A stretch of DNA of 64,000 nucleotides from a virus (lineage: Duplodnaviria > Heunggongvirae > Uroviricota > Caudoviricetes): the IMG/VR virus record IMGVR_UViG_3300042934_000212; one strand, given 5' to 3'. Numbering within the stretch: position 1 is the stretch's first letter; each line of letters begins with the position of its first letter. The position numbers and the translations under genes were made by a program. The notes under the pieces were generated by a model, which had not been told where the DNA came from, did not search any database, and saw only the letters and a program-made list of their open reading frames with translations. This document shows, piece by piece, positions 27,297 through 36,300 of the stretch.

Positions 27297-27493
27297 TAAA
27301 TGTCCTCTATGTCTTCGATTATAATAACTTCACTTTGAATAAGTTTGTTTGGGTATTTGTATTGGTAATACTTTAGACCATCTGCATGATTACGAAAAGC
27401 ACTTAGATTGGTACGTACAGATTGATAAACAGCACCGTCTGAATCGTGGTCTACGATTTCGTACTGCTCATAATAAAAAAGATAAACTATCAT
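27296..27493 (-). CDS. small hypothetical protein
   Basis: 65-aa ORF. Confidence 0.3.
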   Translation of the reverse strand: MIVYLFYYEQYEIVDHDSDGAVYQSVRTNLSAFRNHADGLKYYQYKYPNKLIQSEVIIIEDIEDI

Positions 27494-27505
27494 ATATAAC
27501 CTCTC

Positions 27506-27532
27506 AATTAAAATGGGGTACTAAGTACCCCT
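27506..27532 (-). terminator. intrinsic terminator
   Basis: GGGGTAC-taa-GTACCCC hairpin (27515-27531) followed on minus strand by a T-run. Confidence 0.5.
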
Positions 27533-27536
27533 AGTA

Positions 27537-27749
27537 TTACTCAGCAGTTCCACCAGCAGATGTTACTGTACTTACTTTAATAACATACTCTGGTGATGGA
27601 TATTCACGCTCTAAATCAGCACGAATACCACCAGAAACAGACATCTTGCCTACCCAATGAGAATCAGTATGGGTAACAATATCATGAATACTGTAAGAAC
27701 GGTTTTCTTCATTGTTACTTTTATAAATGCTATATACTACATGAATCAT
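27537..27749 (-). CDS. small hypothetical protein
   Basis: 70-aa ORF. Confidence 0.3.
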   Translation of the reverse strand: MIHVVYSIYKSNNEENRSYSIHDIVTHTDSHWVGKMSVSGGIRADLEREYPSPEYVIKVSTVTSAGGTAE

Positions 27750-27758
27750 TTTTTATCC

Positions 27759-28682
27759 TTAGAAATTGCCGTCAGCTACTGCAAACACTTTAAGACGCAA
27801 TAGCTTACGCCACATTTCAACAACTTTTTGACGATCATCAAATACTTTTACTACTTTATATTCTTCGCGTACATGATTCATAAACAATTCGTACTTAACA
27901 ATATCGTCAGGACGATTATCATCAGCACCACGCATGTAGATATGATCGTATGGTACACCATACTTCTGTAACCACTTCTCAGTATCTTCTTTACAGGTTT
28001 CGTGACGACCACTCATGATGATTACTTTGCGACCGATGTAATCACTTTCAGCTTTCACGGAAAGAATTACTTCTTCGTCTGGATCATCAAGAAGAACTTT
28101 GTTTTCTTCATACGGACCACGTTTACCTTCCATATGAGCTAACGTACCATCAATATCTACAATGATTGCTTCTTCTAAACCAGCATCATAAGTGATTTCT
28201 GGTAAGGTACTGAAATAGTATTTCTCAGCCATACCATCAATTACTTCTTCTGGAACTGATTTTTCACGAAGTAAGTTACGTTCTTTACACTGCTTAACAT
28301 AATCTTTGATAGCAAAGAATTCATGAACGAAAGTTTTACCTTTCTTAAATTCTTCAAAGAAGTTTTGTTCTTTATAAGTGTAACCATGTTCACGAGCGAA
28401 CGCTTTCCACTTAGTACGAACCGCAGGGTTCAAGTTGGTATCACCAACTACAATGTTCCAATTGTTCAAAGCTGCATGTGTTGCTGCACTGTACTGAGCG
28501 TCTTGCACGTACTGTTCGTTGTCTTTGCGGAACTTATAGTTGCTGTGTGAACCAGCCATAGTCTGACGAATATCATCTAAGTTTACTACTACAGTCTTAG
28601 AACGTGAAGACTTCACATGTTCATTAGCCCATGTGGTTTTACCACAACCAGGCAGACCGACTGTTACTGTTAATACTGGCAT
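27759..28682 (-). CDS. pseT: polynucleotide 5'-kinase / 3'-phosphatase
   Basis: 307 aa. Walker A GLPGCGKTTWA, then DDIRQ, and a HAD-phosphatase motif (IVDIDGTLA). Alignable by eye to T4 PseT (301 aa) over the full length. Confidence 0.85.
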   Translation of the reverse strand: MPVLTVTVGLPGCGKTTWANEHVKSSRSKTVVVNLDDIRQTMAGSHSNYKFRKDNEQYVQDAQYSAATHAALNNWNIVVGDTNLNPAVRTKWKAFAREHGYTYKEQNFFEEFKKGKTFVHEFFAIKDYVKQCKERNLLREKSVPEEVIDGMAEKYYFSTLPEITYDAGLEEAIIVDIDGTLAHMEGKRGPYEENKVLLDDPDEEVILSVKAESDYIGRKVIIMSGRHETCKEDTEKWLQKYGVPYDHIYMRGADDNRPDDIVKYELFMNHVREEYKVVKVFDDRQKVVEMWRKLLRLKVFAVADGNF

Positions 28683-28894
28683 TTTTTTCCAATTCCAAAT
28701 TTGTTAGAGAAAGTTCTTAATACATCTTCAGTTACCCGAATACTTGCTGTATCGTTTCGTGAACTATACTTTAAAGGTGTCCATGACAATCCAGAAGCAT
28801 CTAGAAATTTCAAAGCACGAAAATAATCTTTAAGTGAATTGAATTTTATTACAGTCATATCCTGTTCAATGCTATGGGTCATTTCAACTTTCAT
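28670..28894 (-). CDS. small hypothetical protein
   Basis: 74-aa ORF. Confidence 0.3.
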   Translation of the reverse strand: MKVEMTHSIEQDMTVIKFNSLKDYFRALKFLDASGLSWTPLKYSSRNDTASIRVTEDVLRTFSNKFGIGKKCQY

Positions 28895-28903
28895 GGAGAT
28901 CTC

Positions 28904-29134
28904 CTAAATGATTATGTACTCGTCACAGTACTTCATCGTTAAATTAAAGAGTGCTCCGTCGTCGAAGTACAATTCATCATCAACGATAAAGGCTATGTCA
29001 CCAATATTCTTAACGTAAGCTAACATATCCCGCATTGTGCTGGGAGTTATATTAGATAATGTAATAACTGAAAATTCACGATCTTTATATAAGACTTTCA
29101 CGGTTTGTATCGTTGTAGGATTACTCACGTGCAT
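28904..29134 (-). CDS. small hypothetical protein
   Basis: 76-aa ORF. Confidence 0.3.
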   Translation of the reverse strand: MHVSNPTTIQTVKVLYKDREFSVITLSNITPSTMRDMLAYVKNIGDIAFIVDDELYFDDGALFNLTMKYCDEYIII

Positions 29135-29360
29135 ATCTTCCTAAATCATAAATCTTTGGTTTTTTGTTTTTGGGCTTGCGTTCCTTCTTATACATAGTAC
29201 TACTAACCCCGAAGGTATTCTTAAGACGCTTCTCGGATTTAGCGACCCCTTTCCTTGAGCGTTCACTTTGAGTTGCGTCTATTTCTTGTAGTATTCTTCT
29301 ATGTTCTTCAGGAGTTCTTGCATCGCCCTTTGTTGCTTTATACTTTGGTTTAGCCATCAC
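29121..29360 (-). CDS. small basic protein
   Basis: 79 aa, very K/R-rich; possible nucleic-acid binder. Confidence 0.35.
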   Translation of the reverse strand: MMAKPKYKATKGDARTPEEHRRILQEIDATQSERSRKGVAKSEKRLKNTFGVSSTMYKKERKPKNKKPKIYDLGRYARE

Positions 29361-29387
29361 TACTCCTTGTTAGGCTATGCTCGGAAC

Positions 29388-30536
29388 TTAAACTTCAAAT
29401 TCCTTAAGAACTTCTTTCATGTATTTCAACATGATTGCGTTATAATCTACGGGCTTAGAATTATAAAGCAAGAACGCAATACCTGGCATTCCAAGTTCAT
29501 TTGGTAGTACCTTCTGAACTTCTAATGCGTATTCTTTTCGTTCTAAATTTTTATTCTTATTGTAAAATGCTTCACTGTCATTTACTAGCTTATTATAGCA
29601 CGAAAATACAAGCTGTTCCATTTTTTCAATCTTTTTGATTGAGTACAAATCTGTACTAAACATCTGCTTTAGATCATCAGATGCTTTGTTGATGATGCAC
29701 TCATATAAGCGAGAATCAACATTAATGCTGTCCTTTGTAAAGTGCAATGCACTATACCAGTCAGTCTTAACCTTACAAATTCGTCCATCTTTTAGGATAA
29801 TGATATAACCCTCAATATCTTGCATCTTACGTACTGCTTCAATGCTTTCAATTAAAGTTTCTTTCATTGGGAAAGTACTATCAATATCACCGAATTTAGC
29901 CGACACAGAACGCTTGTACAAGCCTGGGAATGCTTCTTTAAGGCGTTCACCCACTAACATTTCACCCGTCTGACGATGGCGTACATTAAGCACAGTAAGG
30001 CCATCTTCTTGATATGGAAGTACGATACGATACTCAGGTGAAGTGTATTCCATGTTTACTGTAAAACCTAGAATCTCTGCCTGATAAATCTCTTCATAGA
30101 AATCTTTGTCTTTATGAAGCATTGCCGTACTGTTAATTGCATGATCAGAATGTAATGATGCCTGTGACTTAGTACGAACTTTATAATCAGCATCCATGAA
30201 GGTACTGATAATAGAGCCATCTAGTTTATCCATTACTACTGCGATTTCAGAACTTAAAGTACTTTTATCAAACATAGTAAATGGATTCTCGTATGCATTG
30301 AAAAACTTCAATGGTGGACGAGCGACAATAGTAACATAGTTTCCATTCTCATCGATCTTGAACATGCTACCACGACCTTCTAATGCACTTGGCTCTAGAA
30401 AATCACTGTAACTCGCAAGACGGTAAGAGAAGATACGATATGTACCACCACCAGCAGAAGTGAAGTCTTTCCATGAGAAAGCATCGTTATTTGCTGTTAG
30501 TGTCATTAGTTCATTAAAGATAGTTTCAGTACTCAT
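29388..30536 (-). CDS. rnlA: RNA ligase 1 (T4 gene 63-like)
   Basis: 382 aa. GGGTYRIFSYRLASYSDFL.P.ALE.RG.MF and DKLDGS (KxDG nucleotidyltransferase motif) match T4 Rnl1 (G.[31 protein letters not shown]). Confidence 0.85.
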   Translation of the reverse strand: MSTETIFNELMTLTANNDAFSWKDFTSAGGGTYRIFSYRLASYSDFLEPSALEGRGSMFKIDENGNYVTIVARPPLKFFNAYENPFTMFDKSTLSSEIAVVMDKLDGSIISTFMDADYKVRTKSQASLHSDHAINSTAMLHKDKDFYEEIYQAEILGFTVNMEYTSPEYRIVLPYQEDGLTVLNVRHRQTGEMLVGERLKEAFPGLYKRSVSAKFGDIDSTFPMKETLIESIEAVRKMQDIEGYIIILKDGRICKVKTDWYSALHFTKDSINVDSRLYECIINKASDDLKQMFSTDLYSIKKIEKMEQLVFSCYNKLVNDSEAFYNKNKNLERKEYALEVQKVLPNELGMPGIAFLLYNSKPVDYNAIMLKYMKEVLKEFEV

Positions 30537-30799
30537 TTTACTTCTCCAAAATATTTCGATACCAATTCATTATAAGAATCCTTCATCCATTCCTTATCGA
30601 AGTAGATTGTTGATTCTTCGTTTTGATGTGTTTCCAAGGTTTTACAAACTACTAGTTCATCAAAATATTCACTAGTTAGTTTCAATTCTTTTAGTTCATC
30701 CAAGAATTTCTCAGCAGTACTGTAATCAGGAAAATCTTTTTTAATTAAACCAAAATGATCGTGATACGTTAAATCAGCATAACTATAAATGGAAAACAT
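30533..30799 (-). CDS. small hypothetical protein
   Basis: 88-aa ORF. Confidence 0.35.
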   Translation of the reverse strand: MFSIYSYADLTYHDHFGLIKKDFPDYSTAEKFLDELKELKLTSEYFDELVVCKTLETHQNEESTIYFDKEWMKDSYNELVSKYFGEVK

Positions 30800-30807
30800 G
30801 GTTTACC

Positions 30808-31122
30808 TTATTGGGTTTCGTAGTCGTCGTTAATGTATGAATCTAAATCATAATATAAACTATCTGCACGAACATGTACGAGTAGTTCAGTACTATCTTT
30901 GATTTGATTAATATTACCTTCAGAATCTACAAGAAAAATATTATCAGCATCGGACTTAATTTCTTGGCGATTTTCACCATAAATTTTAATGCTGCGTCTA
31001 ACTGTATACTCTTTTTGTCCAGTTTTCTTCGTGACAACTGCACCATCTTCTAAATTAGAAGCTTGTACAATTACCTTGAAGACATTTGGAACTGTTTTAA
31101 AAGTTACCATTACTACATCCAA
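30808..31122 (-). CDS. hypothetical protein
   Basis: 104-aa ORF. Confidence 0.35.
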   Translation of the reverse strand: MDVVMVTFKTVPNVFKVIVQASNLEDGAVVTKKTGQKEYTVRRSIKIYGENRQEIKSDADNIFLVDSEGNINQIKDSTELLVHVRADSLYYDLDSYINDDYETQ

Positions 31123-31146
31123 AAAAAGCCCCGATTGAACGGGGCA
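31119..31146 (-). terminator. intrinsic terminator
   Basis: GCCCCG-attgaa-CGGGGC hairpin (31128-31145) followed on minus strand by TTTTTTT. Confidence 0.65.
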
Positions 31147-31152
31147 TAATAA

Positions 31153-31884
31153 TTAGTACAACTCTACCATTCCCATAAGAACCGATTCTTCTGGTCGTGT
31201 ATATTGTTGCTTAGCAATTTTGAAATAGAATGAATCTGCATCTACTAAACAGTAGCGTTTCTTCAAACATCTCGTGTATGTCTGATTATTAGGATGAACC
31301 CATTCATATACCTGAATGCCTTCGTCGTTATAACCAACAATTGATGTACGGTTTCCTTCATGTCTATTGAAGTTCTTACTTCTTTCAGTAAAATACTTAA
31401 CCTCCACAATAGTAGGTTCATCATAAACATAAGGCATTTCAGTTAAACGAAAATAGTAATAAGAATCATCTTCCGAATATCCTAAAAGAATTGTTTCAGT
31501 ACTCGTAATGCCGTAGTGAAGTAAGCTCTTATTCTCATTATCTTTAATATCCTCAAGAACCTCTCTAAGTACTTGAACTGGATCACCATTAGGATCAGTT
31601 ACCCCAGCTACCCTACGTTCTATAATAGGGTCGGTATATCTACGTTCTTCCTGAACATCACCGTTCATATATAGACCAACGAATTCATCCTTATATGTCT
31701 TTACTGAGTATTGAGTACTTTGTACAGCACTGTATACATCAGCTAGCATATTGGCTTGTCCACACTGAACACCACTAACTGATCCGGCAGTCGCGTATTC
31801 TGCCATTACGGATGTTAGTGTCTGAAAGTTAGACATGTTTAGTTCGTTAGCCATTTCAGTTGCAAATTTAATACGATCAATCAT
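31153..31884 (-). CDS. hypothetical protein
   Basis: 243-aa ORF. Confidence 0.45.
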   Translation of the reverse strand: MIDRIKFATEMANELNMSNFQTLTSVMAEYATAGSVSGVQCGQANMLADVYSAVQSTQYSVKTYKDEFVGLYMNGDVQEERRYTDPIIERRVAGVTDPNGDPVQVLREVLEDIKDNENKSLLHYGITSTETILLGYSEDDSYYYFRLTEMPYVYDEPTIVEVKYFTERSKNFNRHEGNRTSIVGYNDEGIQVYEWVHPNNQTYTRCLKKRYCLVDADSFYFKIAKQQYTRPEESVLMGMVELY

Positions 31885-31923
31885 CGCACCACACTCCTTG
31901 TGTTAATAAATCTGCCATCTCTC

Positions 31924-31950
31924 CCTTAAAAAGCCCCATATACGGGGCTG
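31924..31950 (-). terminator. intrinsic terminator
   Basis: AGCCCC-atatac-GGGGCT hairpin (31932-31949) followed on minus strand by TTTTTAA. Confidence 0.55.
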
Positions 31951-31954
31951 TAAA

Positions 31955-33049
31955 TCACTGTAAGACCTTTAAACCTAATAGCTTAATGTTGCCCTTAATG
32001 CATAAACCACTATGTCCAAAGTCCATAGAACCACCTTCCTGAAGCTCTAGTACAGCGACTTTAATACCAAATCGTGCATTAGTGAAATAGCTACTTGGTG
32101 CATCTTCAACATCAGGAACTACATCAACATAATCTTTAAAGTATACTGGCTCATTAAGTTTATATAATTCTTCATTATTATGTGGATGTGTGATTACACC
32201 ATCAGTATCTTTTACGTACTTAAAGAAAATACGTTGTTCCGCATATGGATTACCCATGATAGTGAAGTATAACATCTCAATAGTAGGGTGTGTAGCTGAA
32301 TTCTTCTCTGGAACTTCATAAACTAAATCCATCATATCGATAGCTTCTTCCATAGAAAAAGGAACGTTATGATCGAATATGTCAGTGATGTTTACACCAT
32401 AGAAACCGCTCAACTGGTCTTCTAGTTCTTTCCACGAATTAATATCTAGATTAGCAATAGCCATACCAATCTTAAACATCTCTTTCTTAGAGATCTTATA
32501 GCCACGCTCAAGATACTTCGACACACGCAAAGAGCTTATGATTGGATAAGCAGTACTAGGATTAAATGTTAATCTTCGTTCTGCAACATCAGTAATAAAC
32601 TTATCGTGTAAAACGAATCGTTCAGTACTGAAGTCATACGCAGCCATATTAATATGGAAATCATAACTTTTAAAAATATCACTAACTTCATTGAAGAAGT
32701 CGAAATGAATTAGTTGAAGTACTAGATCACCGTGAGTAAAGGTAATACTTCTAGAAGTATGATTCTGACAAATAAACTCATAACGACCAATATCTAAAAA
32801 GTCTTCTTCAGATAGAGGGTAGTGCTCGGTCAAACTATTTTCATCACCTTCTTCACAGAAAGCATTTCTGATGAAAGTAATAATATCTTTTCTGGTGCGG
32901 AAATAAATGTCGTAATCATTAACTTCAGTACCAGTAAAGATAGATGTTAATGCACCACCAGCAATAATAGCATTGGAAGTGGTTAACATCTTTATTGCAT
33001 CTTCTCCTAAATTACGAAGAAGTGTGTTCTTGTGACGTTGTAAATTCAT
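31955..33049 (-). CDS. hypothetical protein with NTase-like GG...DxD motif
   Basis: 364 aa. IIAGGALTSIFTGTEVNDYDIYF resembles the head-domain motif of class II CCA/poly(A) nucleotidyltransferases (GGAVRD...D.D). Confidence 0.35.
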   Translation of the reverse strand: MNLQRHKNTLLRNLGEDAIKMLTTSNAIIAGGALTSIFTGTEVNDYDIYFRTRKDIITFIRNAFCEEGDENSLTEHYPLSEEDFLDIGRYEFICQNHTSRSITFTHGDLVLQLIHFDFFNEVSDIFKSYDFHINMAAYDFSTERFVLHDKFITDVAERRLTFNPSTAYPIISSLRVSKYLERGYKISKKEMFKIGMAIANLDINSWKELEDQLSGFYGVNITDIFDHNVPFSMEEAIDMMDLVYEVPEKNSATHPTIEMLYFTIMGNPYAEQRIFFKYVKDTDGVITHPHNNEELYKLNEPVYFKDYVDVVPDVEDAPSSYFTNARFGIKVAVLELQEGGSMDFGHSGLCIKGNIKLLGLKVLQ

Positions 33050-33237
33050 TTATTAAGACTTTTCCATTCTTTAATTGTATTGTATAAGATAAATCCTGTA
33101 CCTAATGAGCTAATGCTCATTGCTGCCCCTGACAATAAGTGCGGAGCCGACAACTCTCCAGTACTCACATATAAGTAGATGGTACAAGCCCATAACAGTA
33201 TTAGTGTTAGGGCTTCAATTACTAAGATCGATTTCAT
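33046..33237 (-). CDS. small membrane protein
   Basis: 63 aa, 2 TM helices. Confidence 0.35.
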   Translation of the reverse strand: MKSILVIEALTLILLWACTIYLYVSTGELSAPHLLSGAAMSISSLGTGFILYNTIKEWKSLNK

Positions 33238-33881
33238 GATGCTTCACTTGGTGTTTCAAGCATCACTAGAAACTTACGAATTGTCCGTACCTGAGTCGTT
33301 AGCATGAACTTAAGCACTTCGTAAACTTCACGTTGATTGAAGTTGTTCTTTGCATCTTTCATCATGGTAAGGAAGTAAGTCTCTGCTTCATCGCAGTATT
33401 CACCCAATTTACGGTTAGTGAATACACCAGGTGCAGTACTTAGATTGTGTACACGGTCAATTAGCTTAACCACAGAACACACATCACAGCTTGCAAGTTG
33501 TTCGAAGTACAGATGATAGGTCTTTGTATCTTTAACCGGATCAATGAACTTCGCAAGCATACGGCTGTACTTTGCAGCTTCAGGGAACATTTCGTACAAG
33601 TCTCCCTGAACTTCTGGATAATCTTCAATAGTGTCATGGACAATGATTGCCATGTACACACCATATGGATTAATCAATGAGCTATGCATACTTAATGCAA
33701 GGCTTAGCATTTCCAGTTGATGAGAGAATTCTGGATTCCCATCTTTACGTTCGTTACAATGCACTTCTTCAGCAAAAGTAATTGCCCTGCGTACATCGAA
33801 GTACTTCGAATCAATTAACGTCAAACCTTCAATGATTCCAAATACTTTAGTACGAAGTTTGGTGTAATTTGTTTTTTCCAT
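33234..33881 (-). CDS. HD-domain (p)ppGpp hydrolase-like protein (small alarmone hydrolase, SpoT/Mesh1-type)
   Basis: 215 aa. H...H, IVHDTIED (HD motif) and KLIDRVHNLST match the RelA/SpoT hydrolase HD signature (LHDVIEDT ... KLADRLHNMRT). Confidence 0.6.
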   Translation of the reverse strand: MEKTNYTKLRTKVFGIIEGLTLIDSKYFDVRRAITFAEEVHCNERKDGNPEFSHQLEMLSLALSMHSSLINPYGVYMAIIVHDTIEDYPEVQGDLYEMFPEAAKYSRMLAKFIDPVKDTKTYHLYFEQLASCDVCSVVKLIDRVHNLSTAPGVFTNRKLGEYCDEAETYFLTMMKDAKNNFNQREVYEVLKFMLTTQVRTIRKFLVMLETPSEAS

Positions 33882-33884
33882 ATC

Positions 33885-34178
33885 TTACTCCTTAGTTGCA
33901 GAAATTGTAATGTAATTTCCGTCTTCTGTCAAGACTTTAATTGCATTTCCTGCAAGTAATAATTCAAGGTCTGTATCTGAAATTATACTTTCAACTGGAT
34001 CTTGAACGTACTTGTAATAGTTTTCATGATTAGGGTTCGGACGAACCGAACCTTCTACTTCAATGAATTCACCACTTTCAAGTTTCTTCTTTAGACTAGC
34101 AGCCGCAGCACGTTTGTGCCTGCGTTCTAGTGAAGCATAAAGTTCGTCAGCAGAAGGTACTTTATTTTGATTTTCCAT
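33885..34178 (-). CDS. small hypothetical protein
   Basis: 97-aa ORF. Confidence 0.35.
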   Translation of the reverse strand: MENQNKVPSADELYASLERRHKRAAAASLKKKLESGEFIEVEGSVRPNPNHENYYKYVQDPVESIISDTDLELLLAGNAIKVLTEDGNYITISATKE

Positions 34179-34334
34179 TCTTTAGTTTCTCTTTACCACG
34201 TTCAACTAAATCTTTAACCAAGTTTTCAAGTTCTTTTGCAGCATCGGCTAAACTACTAAGATGGTCAGAGAACGTCATTTGTTCAAGTTCTTTACGAGTT
34301 TTCTTACGATAGTTTGTTTTCTTTTTATTCATCA

Positions 34335-34880
34335 CTAGTTTCCATCGAGATTTAAAATCTCTACTAACGGATTATTAAAACCGTTGAATACTGACATGTC
34401 ACAACCTTGTACAGTCATAACATATCCTTGTACTGGCTCGAAGTCAGGTAGATTACCTAACTCATCACCGAAAATCCGGCGTAACTTTTCAACTGCTTCA
34501 TTGAAAAGTTCAGGTTCTACAAAGTCCAACATCAATGAACTAATAGAACCACGATAATCACCAAAAGTACAATTCAGTTGTAAGCCAGAATTAACACGAA
34601 CCCACACATCAGTGTTTAGTGTTGTCTTAATATGATTGTAAATGTCATTAACTAATTCATGGTTACGTTCAATAATCATGCTACGTGCTTTAAGACACTC
34701 CATGATGTAACTTACATCAGCATCAAATTCATAGTCGCCCATGTCATCAATGCAGTACTGCACACCGCTATGATAGATACTGTACATATGTTCACCACCA
34801 CGCCAGTTACCACGAACTGAACGGGGTACGATTCCCATACGCAAGTACTTTGCATATGTATTAGTCATGACACTCGTCAT
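34335..34880 (-). CDS. hypothetical protein
   Basis: 181-aa ORF. Confidence 0.4.
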   Translation of the reverse strand: MTSVMTNTYAKYLRMGIVPRSVRGNWRGGEHMYSIYHSGVQYCIDDMGDYEFDADVSYIMECLKARSMIIERNHELVNDIYNHIKTTLNTDVWVRVNSGLQLNCTFGDYRGSISSLMLDFVEPELFNEAVEKLRRIFGDELGNLPDFEPVQGYVMTVQGCDMSVFNGFNNPLVEILNLDGN

Positions 34881-34908
34881 TTTCTTTCTATTCCTTTTAA
34901 ATGTTTTG

Positions 34909-35208
34909 TCAAATAGTATCGACTTTATCTTGTATTGTCAAGATATAAGTTTGAATATCTTCGAACGAAAGCTCATCTTTAATAAGGAATTCCATGAACT
35001 CAGGGAGAACTGAGAACATGTTTGCGAACTGTTGTACTTCATCGTGGAAAAAATTAAAGCCCATTGGTACTACACTGGACTTCCAAACACCATCAGTTCT
35101 GTGCGATACAACTGCTAGTAGTACACGTTCATTGTACTCTACTGATATGTGCCTATAACCACTTCGTTCGTTATCATCCCAAAACATAGGACTAGTTTTA
35201 AAAATCAT
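34909..35208 (-). CDS. hypothetical protein
   Basis: 99-aa ORF. Confidence 0.35.
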   Translation of the reverse strand: MIFKTSPMFWDDNERSGYRHISVEYNERVLLAVVSHRTDGVWKSSVVPMGFNFFHDEVQQFANMFSVLPEFMEFLIKDELSFEDIQTYILTIQDKVDTI

Positions 35209-35732
35209 TAAAACACTCCCAAATGAGCTTTTAATAGTTCAAAGTTCTTTCTGTTTTTGCCGTAAGAGCCAGGTGGCATCAAAGAACAGTAACTAGCAAA
35301 ATCATTACGGAGAATAGTATCACGAACGTTAGTGCTTGAATAGCAATTATTATCACGTGGGCCAGCAGAAACTGAGGTAATCGATTGAAAACTGTACAAT
35401 TTGTCATTATATTTTCTAATGATCTCCCCGAATTTGCCGCTTCGGTCGTCACCGCTCACTACGATAATTTTATCGTAGAGTGGATCTAAATCTTCTAAAA
35501 CCCCAAATAACGTACTGGCATGATTTTCCTGAATAAATTCGGGAACCCACGGATAGTAATCTGCTATCATTTGGTGTTTGAACGAATAAGGTAAACTGGA
35601 ATCTGTCATATAGATTCTAAGATCCGAATTCGATTCAGTACTTCTTAAGTTGTTGGCATGGACAAAAAGCTTTCCATGCCCCAGGTGTACAGGACTGAAT
35701 CGCCCGTACACCATGATACATGTTTTATTCAT
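35208..35732 (-). CDS. cytidylyltransferase-like nucleotidyltransferase (HxGH; NMNAT/PPAT-like)
   Basis: 174 aa. MVYGRFSPVHLGHGKLF is the (H/T)xGH adenylyl/cytidylyltransferase motif, very like the N-terminus of natV (YIGRFQMAHKGH). Confidence 0.55.
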   Translation of the reverse strand: MNKTCIMVYGRFSPVHLGHGKLFVHANNLRSTESNSDLRIYMTDSSLPYSFKHQMIADYYPWVPEFIQENHASTLFGVLEDLDPLYDKIIVVSGDDRSGKFGEIIRKYNDKLYSFQSITSVSAGPRDNNCYSSTNVRDTILRNDFASYCSLMPPGSYGKNRKNFELLKAHLGVF

Positions 35733-35735
35733 ATA

Positions 35736-36287
35736 TTATTCGTTAATGTTATTCCAAGGACGAACAACGAAACCTAGACTTTCAAGTACTTCATATTTCT
35801 CTTTAGTAATGTTTGTATCATAGATAACTAACATGCTTGGGAATGGAGCACCGGATTTCTTATGAGAACCATCTTCTGTCCAAGAAGGAAGACTACGGTT
35901 ATCAAACTTCAAGCGACCTTTAACAAAACAGATAGCTTCTGCACATCCTTGGACATAATTGTGGAAGTACTTAGTATCAGTTCTTGCTGGTGGTAGTGCA
36001 ACGATGGTAGTACCGTTTTCACGATGTTCCTGCTCGAACTTTTTAAACCATTTACTAATTTCACGTCCATATGGTGGATTACACCAAACAGTTTCACCAT
36101 ACCAATCATGTGCAAGACCATCCGTTTCAGGAGTGTAGTACTTGCTGCATTTGGCAGTGTCATCCATCGCCGCAGGGTCTAGTGTGAAGTTCCATACAGA
36201 GTTAAGTTTCTGATAGAAATCATCTGGAGTATCCCAAGTGTTTGATGCTGAACTAAAGTGAACTGATTGTTTATTTTCTTCTTCCAT
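35736..36287 (-). CDS. dam: DNA N6-adenine methyltransferase (phage Dam family)
   Basis: NPPY motif (WCNPPYG), TP.DF...L...F.FTLDPAA and GT.IVALPPART.TKYF blocks typical of phage Dam. Start trimmed to the internal ATG at 36287-36285 (MEEENKQ) with AGGAAA SD to avoid overlapping the upstream ORF. ORF-track start is 36362. Confidence 0.8.
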   Translation of the reverse strand: MEEENKQSVHFSSASNTWDTPDDFYQKLNSVWNFTLDPAAMDDTAKCSKYYTPETDGLAHDWYGETVWCNPPYGREISKWFKKFEQEHRENGTTIVALPPARTDTKYFHNYVQGCAEAICFVKGRLKFDNRSLPSWTEDGSHKKSGAPFPSMLVIYDTNITKEKYEVLESLGFVVRPWNNINE

Positions 36288-36300
36288 GAAGTTTTCCTTT

